This document shows positions 1 through 13,405 of a DNA stretch of 64,000 nucleotides, in pieces (the stretch's first letter is position 1; the number at the start of each line of letters is the position of its first letter). This stretch comes from Octopus vulgaris. Lineage: Eukaryota. Below the pieces are notes generated by a model, which searched no databases, had not been told where the DNA came from, and saw only the letters and a list, made by a program, of their open reading frames with translations. The position numbers and the translations under genes were made by a program. The stretch is taken from assembly GCA_951406725.2 (NCBI GenBank), contig OX597833.1, positions 37,200,001 through 37,264,000 on the forward strand, in the 5' to 3' direction.

Positions 1-1854
1 AGTCATACTAGCTTGCAGATGACAGTTAAGCAAAGCATGTGTGATCATGTTTGTGTAATCATCATCACCTTTATGACCCATGTTTACATAAGTTACAAAA
101 ATTATTGAAACAGATTTTTTTCTACAACCAGATGCCCTTCCTGTCATCAACACTCACCTGTTTGCAATCAAGTTAATAATTTCCCATGGATGACTAGAAA
201 CAAATAACACCACTTGTATGACAGTGGTACTTATGTATAGTTGTCATGTGATGTCGAGACAACACACATGCATGATGAGCTTCTTTCAGTTTCCATCTAC
301 TATATCCACTCACAAGACTTTAGACTTGTGAACCCTTACAACTGAGAAGGAGAATGGGAGAGAGAGCATGATTTTTGTCGATATGGAATGAGGTTAAAGT
401 ATGATGAGAGGAAACGATTTATTGTTGTGAGAAGGTAGTAGTGGAGTGTGACAAAGGTAACAATGTTGAGTGTCAGGTTTTAGAGAATTAGAGTTACAAG
501 GATGATGGACTCATTTGAATAGGAGATCATTGCTGTCCCTCATAAAGATAACATGTCCAAGAAATTAAATAGAAGAGAGTGTAGTAACAGAAGTATCTAG
601 AAGAGTGGGTGAAAGTTGCAAGAATGTGGGTGATGGTTAGAAATATGAGTAGAGGGGGTCTTAGCTAAATAGGAGTGGAGATGGTCTAAAGTAAATGGGA
701 GTAAAGGTAGTTGATGGTAAAAAGAGATAAAGGTGGCTGATAGTAAATAGGCTTGGAAGTGGAAAATATGGTTTGGGTTGGTTGATGGCAAGAGTGAGAG
801 ATAACCAACAATAAGAATGGCTCAGAGGAGAGGAAGTGATGACTGATAGTAATGAAAGGGTAATGTTATGTAGAAGCAGGTTCTGTTTTCGTTAATTAGT
901 TTCATATTATGCAGATACAGGAGTGAATGAAGAGGGATGAACAACAGGAAAATGAGACGGGGAAGCAAATGTAGAATTACAGGAACATATTAAATGAGGG
1001 TCCCAAATATTAGCATGCCTATACACAAGTACTTTATCTTCATTATCATCATCATCTCTATTTTCATGTTTGTATGGATCAGATGACAATACGTTTTCTA
1101 TGACCAGATGTCTTTCCTGTTGCCAATCCCCACTTGTTTCCAAGTGAGATAATAATCTCCCAGTCTATCGGGCAACAAACATATCAGACATGTTTACATA
1201 ACATTGTATGAACAAGCCTTTTTGTTTACAAAGATTGTGCAGCATGTAAAGACCTGTCATGAAGCTTGGATGTGCTTTCATGGTGAACTACAAGCAAGCC
1301 ACAATATTAGCAAAGCCATTGTTTACAATCAACAAATGATCACATATGTAAGCAAGAGAAATATAATCTTATGCAAAAACAAACACACACAGACATATAA
1401 ATTTTTGTAAACATGCATGTGTGCACAATAGGCTTCTTTTACTTTCCATCTACCGAATAATTTACTCTCAAGGTTGATCACTACCATCATTTCCAACATT
1501 GCTTTCACCATGCATGCACAAGTTCCATCTACTTCAAACACCTTGCATGTCTTTATATAGCTGTCATTTTCTATATACTTCACATGCTCATGGCAACAGT
1601 CTTATCTCTTGAACACTACATCTGATTTTTTTAGGCCTAGATTTTCTGTGTACTTCATTCATGCATGGTGGCATAACATGTCCAACAGATCATTCTTGTT
1701 TCATTTCTTTCTAGTCTTTGCAAGTCCTCTACATTCAAGGCCAATATTTTACTGTTATGCAGTATTGCATTTCATACCCAAGCATTATAAAATCTGCATT
1801 TAACTTTGAAGGAGAAACATTTTGTTGACAACTGAGTTAATAGCTACTTGGTCT

Positions 1855-2109
1855 TGTGCTAGTGGCACATAAAAAGCACTAACCGATCGTGGCCATTGCC
1901 AGCCTCTTTTGGCCCCTGTGCCGGTGGCACGTAAAAAGCACCCACTACATTCACAGAGTGGTTGGCGTTAGGAAGGGCATCCAGCTGTAGAAACACTGCC
2001 AGATCAGACTGGTGCCTGGTGCAGCCTCCAGGCTTCCCAGACCCCGGTCAAACCGTCCAACCCATGCTAGCATGGAAAACGGACGTTAAACGATGATGAT
2101 GATGATGAT
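1855..2109 (+). mobile_element. 3' end of RTE-type LINE (or derived short element) with (GAT)n tail
   Basis: GTGGTTGGCGTTAGGAAGGGCATCCAGC...CCAACCCATGCTAGCATGGAAAACGGACGTTAAAC(GAT)n, shared with the copies at 34025 and 45120. Contains two hairpin units. Confidence 0.8.
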
Positions 2110-3199
2110 TAGGTATGCTGTATTGAGGTCCTACCTACATTTTTCTGTATACCTGCCTAGGTCATACCCTTGAAATCAAAATACTGCCCATTTTTCTACT
2201 TACTAATACTTTAGTCTTTGCTCAGACAACTTTGAAGTCTTACACACCTAAATACACACACACACACACCATCATCATCATCATCACTGTTTAATTTCCA
2301 CATTTAATGCTTTCATGGTCTGATGGAATTTGTTGTGGCAAAGTTTCTACAGCCACATGTTCTTCCTGTTGCAGCCCTCACCTGTTTCCAAGCAAGGTAA
2401 TATTTCCCCATTGCCAGATACAGCTTTTATGGAAGACTGGAAACAAACAACATCACCTATATGACAGTGATGCTTGTTTACATTTGTCACTTACTATCAA
2501 GACAAGGGTACAAGCAAATGTGCAGGTGCAAGCATGCACACACAAACACACACTGTATACAAATATACACACACACACACACATATATCTGGACGCAAGT
2601 GGTTGAACAAACAAAAGAAAATAACACTCAGCACATTTGGTTTGCTGCAGTTATATGTATTTACAGTTTTTACTCAGCTCCACATTACTTATGGTTTTGT
2701 GAGCATAAGACACATTGATTACATCAGATGTTCAGAGAAGAGTGGGGAGAGTTTGATAAATTTAAAATTACTTTTAATTATACTTTTAATTATTTAGGTC
2801 TCCATTGTTCAGGTCACATGATTGTTTATGGTCTCAAGTGGTGTCAGTTGTTAAGTTCACATGGTGCAGACAAGATGTTTGTGTCAATTTGTCAACATTC
2901 TGCAGGAATATAAGTATTCAATGGCATCAATCCTTTACATTGGACACTGTACATAGTAGAGTAGGCAAAATGTTGGTGTCATTCCGGTCATCATTCTATA
3001 AAGTGTGGTATCTTAGTGGCAGAAGCTATCATGTTGAAGGTGACCAATTTGATGATATCGTGTTACAAATGAACTTGCATGACCAACATGGTGCAGCTAT
3101 ATTCTCTACAAGCACCAGAAATTGTATAGTGTCACATGTGGGTCACGTGATACATCCAGATTATCAGTACTTAAAGGCTTGAAGGTCATTAACAAAGCA

Positions 3200-3720
3200 T
3201 ATCTCTGGTGACAATTCTATAGGTAATTTTTTTCCATTTAGGTATGTTGTGGGCTGGTGGAGTATGTGCAGTTTTTCATGGAGGCAGAGTTGACAATTAT
3301 GAGCTTTAGGTATGTAAGGAGAGTGTCTATCAAGGATGTTCCACATTGGGGATGTAATTTTGATGGTCTGGAAGTCTCCAGATGAAACAAGACAGAGAGA
3401 TGGAGTTTTCCCTGTCCCTTCACCTGAAGGAGTGCATGTATCTTCCTTTAGAGTCATTGGTTGTCATGCCCATGTAGTGTCTTGTAATGCTGTCAGATGT
3501 AACTTCTCAATAGTTACTCCTTGTTATAGTGGAATGAAGTCTTGTTGGAGATCTCTCTGTCCACAAGTAGATAGAAGATTCTTCTATATAGGTTCATTGC
3601 TGGTGTTTGATTCTATCTTGACATCATATACTATCAATATTGCCTGATAATTACTACCTAGAAGGCAGTTCTCACAAATTCTGAAGTTGCATGATCTTTG
3701 GTGGCCAGCTGTTTGCATAT
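3200..3720 (-). mobile_element. Penelope-like element, degraded GIY-YIG C-terminal region
   Basis: Minus-strand translation WNILDRHSPYIPKAHNCQLCLHEKLHIL...LN matches the CxLCLxEK end motif of Penelope endonucleases. Confidence 0.7.
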
Positions 3721-3789
3721 TTCTTCCATTTAGTTTTGTGTGTGTTTATATATAAATATATGTGTGTGTGCGTGAGTATTATGTATGTA

Positions 3790-5040
3790 TATATGTATGG
3801 TGACCATATTTGAGAGCAGTAGTTTAGGTGACTGAGAACAAAATGTTCTCCACAGGACTAACAGTGATTCCCATTTTTCTTTTTCTGAGTGATTTCAGAA
3901 TCCAACTAGCCTGTTGCTTACTAACTGTTACCCTCTTAGTAATATGGACATGGAATGGTGCATCATTAGTCATATTGATTCCTAGATCATGCATTAATTG
4001 TGACTCAGGGATTGCAGTGCCCCTCTTTCTGTGTATTTCGATTGCAGTCTGTCTGTGGGCTGATTGCAGAGTGCTTCAAAATTTTTTTAAGAATTAAACT
4101 TACTGAGTTTTTTCTTCAGCTCACATTTGGGTCTTTCTATACTTTTGCATTACCTTCAGAATTTTTGGCTGCTTACAATACGTTTTTTGATTCAGCATAG
4201 TTCGTGTGAGTGGTTGACTGGATAACTAAGGACATGTCTCAGTCACCAGAAATAGTAGTGGTCCCAGTATTCTTTGCTGGGGGACTTTGTTTAGAATTTA
4301 TGTGTCTTCTCAGAGCATTGTTGGCTGCACCTGCCTAACTCATATCTTTTTAAAATGCAGTTACTCTCCTAGTTTTCCAACTATGAGGTCATGCAAATTG
4401 TGACATAACATTCCATGATCAACTTGTCAGAAGCCTTTGCAAAGTCAAGATACATCACAACCGCAGTTAAATGTCTCGATGGATGTTTCATTACTCAATC
4501 ATAATGCTGTAGTAGTTATGTAAAGCTGCTCCCTAATGGATGGAATCTGTACTGTATGTTAGGGAGCAAGCCATTTTCTTCTCAGAACATGATCACTTTC
4601 CTTCTAATAACAAAGCATTCCATGGCTTAGTTGTGTGAGATCAGAGAGATGAGCTTGTAATACTTTGCTTCTGCTCTCCTTCCTCCTGTGTGGTTAGGGC
4701 ATATTATACCTTCATTTAATTGTCTTAGAAGTTTGTCATATGCAAGGAATCCATAGTAAAGCATCTGCCATAGTTTTGTGAGGGCCTTATGTAAATAAGA
4801 ATTGCTTCTTTCCTGTGCAATGTTGAAGAATTCATCAGGTTTATTTATTTGCATATCTCTCAGTGGGGCAGTGAAAACACTTTGAGATTATTTATTTTGT
4901 ATGTCCTTTGATATGCTTTGGGGTCTGCATTCAATAAGCTATAGTGGCCAGATTTTGTATTGCCCCTTGGCAGATTCTCTTGCAAATTTGTTGATGGCCT
5001 TAGGGTTCATTTTCATATTTTCAACAGCCCTGGTTTTTCA
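3790..5040 (-). mobile_element. degraded RT region of the same APE LINE family as 58754-62652
   Basis: Remnant motifs NPKA, YLDFAKA, PQ..ILGP and DLGI are colinear with the long copy, with many stops and frameshifts. Confidence 0.75.
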
Positions 5041-6789
5041 TCCACCCCCACTCCTTTTCAAAAGCGCCGTTTAGCCCCCCCTCACCCCCCCCACAACCCA
5101 CTCACATCGGTTTTTTTTCTGAAGAAAGACTTCTCAGTTGTTTAAATGATTTGAAACCTTTAAAGTTTGAATTGTGTGTGTGAGAGAGAGAGAGAGGAGG
5201 GAGTACACATGCATACATAGACATGCACTCAAATTCATACACATGTATAAAATGATTAATTGAGGTATTTTCTTATCTGGTGTTACAGTTTAGGTAATAA
5301 GTGTTTTACCAAGCATGGTAAGAGTACATTATCTAGGTCAATGTACTCAGTGTCCATGTGTCATGCACATAGAGGTGATATTTCAGGTGAAAATCAATAG
5401 TCTACCTGGCTGGCTGTCCAGTCTAATGCAGAATGATAATCAGACATAAGGCAGGCAGCCAAGCAAGGCTGACTACTAAGTGGAAAAAAAAAACGACCTT
5501 GTCATTGTAAAGACTGTCTGTTTCAGAGAAAAGAAAATAGCAAAGGAGTGGAGAGTGTTATTGATGTTAACTAGCTAGCCTGCCTTCTCTTGAATATTTA
5601 CAAGGATCAGGCTAAATAAAGATTGAGTGTATTAGTTAATTAGTATCTGGAGGGTTATTTTCCTACATATTTGATGGAGTCTATGCCTTGGGGTTGCATG
5701 ACTTTTTTTATTTAAATATCACCATTACAGTTTCTTTCACATTTTTCTTACAACTTAATGATATCTGATGAAAAATGAGACAATACTTAGAAAATATCAT
5801 ATTTGTAACTTTTAATTATACTGGTTATGAAGTAGTTTTCCTAACATGTGAACTAGAATTATTTTTAAAATTACTGATATGTCTACATGTACATTCTTAA
5901 TTTTAATTACAATAACTTTTAGTTTAGAGGGGTTGGATCAATCATAAATTGATCAAACAACTATTTCTATTACTTTCAATTAGTGAAGAGATATTCAAAA
6001 GCTTTTAGGAACAAAATAAAATAGCAACAACAAAAAATTACAAGAAGGTAGAGAAGAAAAATTAGGAAGCAAGTTCATGAAAGGCATTGTGACTTATCTC
6101 ATTACATGGAACTAAAATCACTTTCTCCATGTAGGTAACATCACTTCAAACAATTTTCATCATAACACATTACTTTAACAGGACTATCTAGTCAGTTTGT
6201 TTTGTCATGCCTACTTTTTCTCAGTGTACCACAATTCAAAGCATTGAAATTTTTTTATATTTCTTCCTTATAGTGTAAAATTAACTTGTAGTAGCTTCTT
6301 TTTTTTCTTCTCCTAAAACCTTTCGGACATTATTAACATATGTTGATGCAGACCTATCTCCAAATTAACATTGAACTGAATTTATAATTATAGATAATCT
6401 AGATGTACCTATTGTATGTACCATGTGTTAACTAAGGTATGATACTCACTGCCACTATTATCTATAATTTACAACTCCTTAATATCAGCAATTGATCATG
6501 CAAGTTTGCTCATGAAGTTTGATACAAAGAAATAAGATTATATAAACTCTCAGTTTTTGATGCCACCAGTAGTTGTGTGAATAGCCAGAGTCTTAAATTG
6601 ATTTTGCCTAGCAAGATTGGAGCCTCATACTTGTGTGTTCATATCATATCTATTACCCTTCTACAATTGGTGAAATGAGTAATGTGTGCCTGTATGTATA
6701 CTAGTGTACACAAGTTATCAAAAATGATGACTGTTTTATTAATTATACAGGAAAGTACTTCTACTGAAAAGAAATTCAAGTATGGCAAG

Positions 6790-7620
6790 GATAAAACCAG
6801 AATTTCCAATAACATTCTACATGGCAGGAGGCTGCAAATCATGACCAGGGACAACTATGCTATATGGGGTATGGGAATGGAGTTTTCTGGATGGTGTAGA
6901 TGACTGGGAGTGTGCAGCAGACCTTACAGGATCAACAAAACAACCAGAAATCATCAGGCTTGAAGCTGGATATCATACTCCATTCCAATTCAACAGAGTA
7001 ACTGATTGTTATTGAACTCACTGGGCTGTTTGAAAGCAGAATAGAAGAAGCACACATGTTCAAGACCAAAAAACATGTCCCAATCTGGCCAACAACCTGA
7101 GGAAGTCACTTCCAGGTCAAGGTTCTTACTATAGGGGTTGGAGTCAGAGATTTTGTGGGTAAATCCGCTAATCTAATGAAACAAATCTCAGTCTCTGGGA
7201 AGAGCAGGACCAAAGCCCTAAATGCAATATCAGAGAGAGTGGAGAGATGTTTCAGCTGGATCTGATCAAGAAACGATCTCCATACCTTTTGAAAGCAATA
7301 TTTTTGTTTTAATGCTAAGGGAAGTAAATCTGAGTGAGTCATTGTAATAGCATTGACATTTCACTGCTACTATGACAACCAGCATTATTTCTTCATTAAA
7401 TAAGTTTGAAAGCTGAGTTAACAAAAAGGAGTTACAACTATATGAAATCACCAGGTGGTTTAAATGCACAAGTCTCCAAAATCCAAGTGGCTAAAATGTG
7501 TCATCAGAAGTCATGACCTGGATGCTGCCCAGCCCCCTTAAAGTGTACGAAGATAAAGGCCAAAACACTTGCCTGAACAGGGTTTCTTCTCTGAAGACCT
7601 TCTGCAGTTCAGCTCCCTTG
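6790..7620 (+). mobile_element. HERO-like (R2 group) non-LTR retrotransposon 3' fragment, restriction-like endonuclease domain
   Basis: Frameshifted translation KLDIILHS..LIVIELTGLFESRIEEAHMFKTKK..VKVLTIGVGVRDFVGKS..RTKALNAISERVERCFSWI fits the HERO PD-(D/E)xK domain. The probable 3' UTR is at about 7490-7620. Confidence 0.75.
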
Positions 7621-7859
7621 TGAGTTTCCTACCACTGTGTGTGTGTGTGTGTGTGTATTGATATTCATGAACAGTTATGCGAAGCTCTGAGTAACAATTT
7701 GTGAAGTTTTATCAGATTCAATAAAATAATGTGTGTGGTATGTAAGGAAACTGGGTGCTTATTCTCTGAGGAGTGGTCAGTACACTGAAATGGTTTGTGA
7801 AGAGACTTTCCTTTTTGTTTTCTACACGCTAAAAGCATAAAAGCTGCATACAATTAATG

Positions 7860-8080
7860 GTTTGTAATTTAGGCACAAAGCTGACAGTTCTGATGGGTAG
7901 GGATATTATTTGTTACCATCAACTCCAGTACACTTGACTATGACTTTTTTTTTTTATAAACCAGGGATGAGGCTGGGGAAGAAAAGCAAAGTTGATCTTG
8001 GTAGGATTTGAACTCAGAATGTAAAAACCAGAATAAATACAACTGAGCTTTTTTTCTGGTGCTCTGACAGTTCTGCCAGG
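7860..8080 (-). mobile_element. degenerate Nin/Deu-domain tRNA SINE
   Basis: Reverse complement similarity to 13164-13405 (B box GAGTTCAAATCC, Nin-like core). Confidence 0.65.
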
Positions 8081-8733
8081 CAAATAATAAAATTTATTAA
8101 ATATAATAATTACATTTAATCCTGAAATATGTAGGTATAAGTTGAGCTTTTAATTTAGAACGTTGATCTAAGCTGATACAGCCCACAGTAAAATGAAGGA
8201 ATGATGAAACAATACATTATCAATATCTTTTAAGTCCCATTTTTCTGAGTGCTAATTTCCTTCTTTTTTTGTCTTGTTACTAATCTCTTAGTTCATCCGC
8301 TGTTTGCTTCTGAATGAATATTCTAATTCCATAATTGATTTGTAAACTAATTTTGTTTTTTACAATCATTGATTTTTATTAACTTCAAAAATTCACTCTG
8401 AAAATGAAATACTACTCTTATAATTTTTAAATTGTTAATAACATCTTAGAATCCTTTTAATTTATACTTACGTTATTTGAAACTTCTTTCTGTTTTAATA
8501 AATAAAATTTAAGGAAACATTTTGTAAATTACATTAGAACAGAGCATTTTATTTATTTTACTATAATCTTACAGCAGATGGTATTTTAATCAAGTATTGT
8601 TTTCATAAATAACCCCACCCCACATTTCCCATCTTGTTTTAAAGACAACACTCTTATTACTGTTTGTAACAGATCAGTGATATTTATAGCAAATCTTTCT
8701 ATTCAATTAGATTATTAGTGGCTTGATTTGGGT

Positions 8734-8766
<33 letters not shown>

Positions 8767-10156
8767 AATGTATGTAATCAAATACTCATTTTGATATTTG
8801 TATTATTGAACTATGCATGTGCAATTAGTCTAATGAGTTGCTAATCTTCTACTTTAAATTTTGTTTTACTTTAATGGCTTAGTGATAGCTAATTTCTTAA
8901 TTGTATTACTGCTACTTTGCTGAAAAATTTGCTTTTTATAGATTTGAGAGAAATAATTTGAAAAGCCAACTTCTTAGCATTGATATGTCTGAACTCCTTT
9001 ATGATTATTTAATAAGCTAGTGATTTTGTCATGTTCGTAAATATATAGTTTAAACAAACTGCATGTTACAAGTATTATTCATATGTAGAAAAAGAGACAC
9101 AAAACAATGATTGTGCATTTAGAATAAAGTAAAGTTTGCTAAGTTGGATCTCTGACCTCAAAATTTTCAACATTAACTCCTTTATCAATTTAAAATTATC
9201 AGTAGTATTTCATTTCCATGCTTATATGGGTTTAATGGAAACTTGGACCATACTGCCTTTCCTGCGCGTATTGGTTGAATCCTTGTAATGCCAAGCACAC
9301 TTCACTTTGCAGTTTGTCTTTAATGCAAGTTAACATTACACATCCAGTGAATCATGCTTGCTTATTTCTCACCACCCACTACAGATCTTCCATAGTGAAT
9401 ACCATCTATCTCTCATTATGTGCAGATGGTATTTTGATCTATCTGTACTTTGATCTTGCCACTGGAAAATGTTTTGCATGAGTAACACTTATCTAATACA
9501 CTGTATGTTTTATTTTACATTGCCATCATTTCTTTCTTAGCTTTAATATATATAATTCCTTTGTTCAGTGGTTTTGGGATAACTCACATTACTTTGAATC
9601 AGTTGCTATTGCCTTTCATGGGAAAATTTGTATGTCGTACAAGTATCTTTTATCAAAAGAAGAAAACTTATCATAGATGGTATTAGAAAGATGCTCTTTG
9701 TGATAACTCTGTTATAATTACCCTAAAACCTCTGCACTAATACAATTTACAGTTATTTACTATAAAGTTTTCAACTGTTGAGCAATTTTTTTTCTTTTCT
9801 TCATCTTTTAAGAAAATGTAAACATATTGTACTCTGCATATTTTATTTCATTAACTGTTAAGACTTGGGAAGATGGTCATTTTAGTCAATTTCCCCCCCA
9901 TTCTCAGATATACTCCATTAGCATATTGTACTTAGCATTGCTGTGTTAATTTTTCCAGACAGATTTTCAGTATTGATATTTATCATAATGTTTTGTCATG
10001 TCCAGTAACCTGGTATTTGATGTCACTGTCTTTTGTCTTCCTCTTGTGTGAATATCATCCAATCCTAGTGTGTAGCTCTTTTTCACCCAGCACTCATTAC
10101 TATATGTATCATATGCCTATACCAGTGCACTGTGTCCATTAACTAATGTCTTTCGT

Positions 10157-10206
<50 letters not shown>

Positions 10207-10819
10207 ATTTATTTGTGCTTTACTTATTCTGATGTTTTCCTGGACTTCTTTTAAAGAACACATAAAACACTGACCAATGGGTTTCTGGACACGGTTGAGT
10301 CTATTTATCCATAGTAAGTTGCTGTAAATGACCAATGGAATGTCAGTTCATGTACTTTAAAAATAAATAAAATATGTGATATCGTAAAAGGAAAAACAAA
10401 AATTCTCACCACTGTTTTTACTGTATTTACAACATTGATAACTACCTATACCTATGGATAGGTATCTTCATTCATTCATTTTAATGTTCACTTTCCCATG
10501 TAAGCATGGGTTAGATGAATATGTTATTGAGGTATTGTTTTATAGGCAGATACCTTTCCTTTTGCTAGCCTTTACTTTTTTCTTTCAAGTAAGGGATCTC
10601 TTATTCCACATTGCTTCAAATGCACAAAGTGAGTGGACAAGAAGTGCCATCATAACGTTTGAATAAGTGATCACAGAAATAAACAAACACAAGCACATAT
10701 GCACACAAACAGTTATACGATGGCTCTTTTCAGTTTCTGTTTACCAAATCCACTCACAAAGCTTTGATCAGCCAGAAGTATTAGCAAAAGTCACTTGCTC
10801 AAAGTGCCTATTACCACAT

Positions 10820-11010
10820 GGTCAGAAAGCAAAATGCTTAGCGGAATTTCATCTCCCCTTATGTTCTAAGTTCAAATTCTGCTGAGGCCAGCTTTCCCTT
10901 CCATCCTTTTGGGGTTGATAAAATAAGTACTAATTGAGCAATGGAGTCAATGTAATCAACGTAACCCCTCCTCCAAAATTTCTGGATTTGTGCCAGAATT
11001 TGAAACCAAT
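10820..11010 (+). mobile_element. degenerate Nin/Deu-domain tRNA SINE
   Basis: AAAATGCTTAGCGG..AGTTCAAATTCTGCTGAGG..CCTTCCATCCTTTTGGGGTTGATAAAATAAGTAC. Confidence 0.7.
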
Positions 11011-13163
11011 ATGAAATTTCTTTACCATCAACATTTTAATGTATCTTACTGAATGTCAAACTGATGAAGAACTCTCTACATAGCATTCAATAGAATCAAC
11101 AAATGGTGCAGTGATTATGCATGCATAGGGTATTTCCTGATTATCTTAGTGTTTGTGGTTCTAGTTGACATTGTCACAAGGAAACTATAATAGGTTCCAG
11201 AGAATTATAAATACATCAGTCAGTAAAGAACCGAGAAATTATTCAGTTTTGACCTATGCAAAAACCTGATTTAGGAGCAAGTATAGCTAGACAGCCTATT
11301 TGTATGACTCCTGCCTGCTCAAAATAAAAATCACTGTGTAAGATGCAACAGGACTTTAATAATCTGTTCTGTTAGCTTTTGATAAAAAATTAAAAACAGA
11401 ATGTGTGCCAATAATTTTTGCATCATCATTTAGAAAATTTATTGTGAGAGTTTTATTTATTTGCAACCATATATTTTTTATCTATAAGTAATACACCAAA
11501 AATCCAGTAACAGTTTTGCTTGCATGTCAGTACATTGCCTATTGTGTGCATTTTCCTTAATATGAAATCTTGCCTATTCTTGATAATAATTTAAGATATG
11601 CCATTCTATAAAGTTTAAGCAAATTTGTTTATTATATTTCATACAGAGTTTATCTATGGGCTTCATTTGTGAGAGACATTTAGGTGGTATACTGTTTTTC
11701 TTCCACTTACTCTGTTTATCTAGACCTACTGACCCAATCACAGTTATATCATTAGTGTGCTTGTGCAGATACAAGAGTATATGTGGAGGTAGTGATGCGA
11801 GCAACTATAAATGTGAATAAATGAATAGATTAGAGAAGCTAAACTAAACAGATTTATTAGGCTAGACTCTTAAGAAAGCACATAGCACTTAACTGCTTCT
11901 TAGCATCGCAGTAGATTATGTTTAAATGACCTGGTCAAAAGCCACACAAATTACGTGTGGGAGGAGATTTTGATTATAAAATATTGCACATATCAAGAAT
12001 AAACAATAAAAAGTTGAAACTACTTCACAAGCAATGAAGTGTTTATCAATAATAAAGACAATTGAAATAGGTATAATTTATGGAATATGTAGAGATCTAA
12101 AAGTTCTCATTGTTTGTAGGTGCATCAAATGTTAGTGATAGGTGATAGTTTGGTTACAGAAGTTGTGTTTAAAAAAACACAAAGCAACTGTAGTTTTCCT
12201 GTTTTAAAACAAAACCTTTAGCCTTGATTAGTTAAATCTTTTATGCATTATGAATCACTTTTGTAAACTTTAATGGTATTTCCATATGCTTATATCAAAT
12301 TATTTTGAATCTGTTTCACCATAACTAAAATTGAGCTGTATGGAAAATTAATCAGTTGAAACCTAAGCTTTCATTCAGTATAAGTCTATTTATTTTTCAA
12401 TAATCTGGTTTAGCAAAACAATCTATTATGTTACATTTTTATCATATAGTTATCTATGACAAAACACTACAAATGTATAGGTGTGTCTGTGTGGTAGAAA
12501 AGCTTGCTTCCCAACCACATGGTTCTGGGTTCAGCCCCACTGTGTGGCACTTTGGGCATGCATCTTCTACTATAACCTCAGGCCAACCAAAGCCTTATGA
12601 TTGGATGTGCTAGACAGAAACTGAAAGAAGATTGTCATATACACACACACCCCCCCTGTGTGTTTCTTATGTATGTTTTATTAATGAAGAAAATAACTAT
12701 CTATATAATGTAACATGGACATAAAATGATGATGATAATGACAATGTATTGTCAAATCTTCAGCTACATGTAACCTTTGTATGTAATACTACTGGATAAC
12801 TGTGTCTGTATATATTTGTTTCCCAGTCACCAACCTTCACTTGTTTTCCCATGGCTGGACATATTTGCAAAGAAGACTAGAAATGAATGACACTGTTTGT
12901 GCATATATCAAGAGAAGGTTGCTGAAGTACACATGTATGCATACATTCAACATCTTCCTTTAAGTCTCTGTCTACCAAATCTCCTCACAAGGCTTTGGTT
13001 GGACCTGTAGAAAACATGCTGAATGTGCCAAGCACTGAGACTGAATCTGGAGCCATGTGGCTGGGAAACATTTTATCCACATAGCCTGTCAGCCATGCTT
13101 GAATCATTAGCCTACCAGACAAAATGCTTAGTGGTATTTCCTCCAGCTTTAGGTATTTCCTCC

Positions 13164-13405
13164 AGGCGGCGAGCTGGCAGAAACGTTAGCACACCGGGCG
13201 AAATGCGTAGCCGTATTTCATCTGCCATTATATGCTCTGAGTTCAAATTCCGCCGAGGTCGACTTTGTCGTTCATCCTTTCGGGGTCGATAAATTAAGTA
13301 CCAGTTACGCACTGGGGTCGATGTAATTGACTTAATCCGTTTGTCTGTCCTTATTTGTCCCCTCTGTGTTTAGCCCCTTGTGGGTAGTAAAGAAATAGGT
13401 ATTTC
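13164..13405 (+). mobile_element. young Nin/Deu-domain tRNA SINE nested in an older copy (about 13100-13565)
   Basis: A box TGGCAGAAACGTTAG, B box GAGTTCAAATTCC, core TTCATCCTTTCGGGGTCGATAAATTAAGTACC, CpGs intact. Flanked by a 19-bp direct repeat. Confidence 0.85.
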
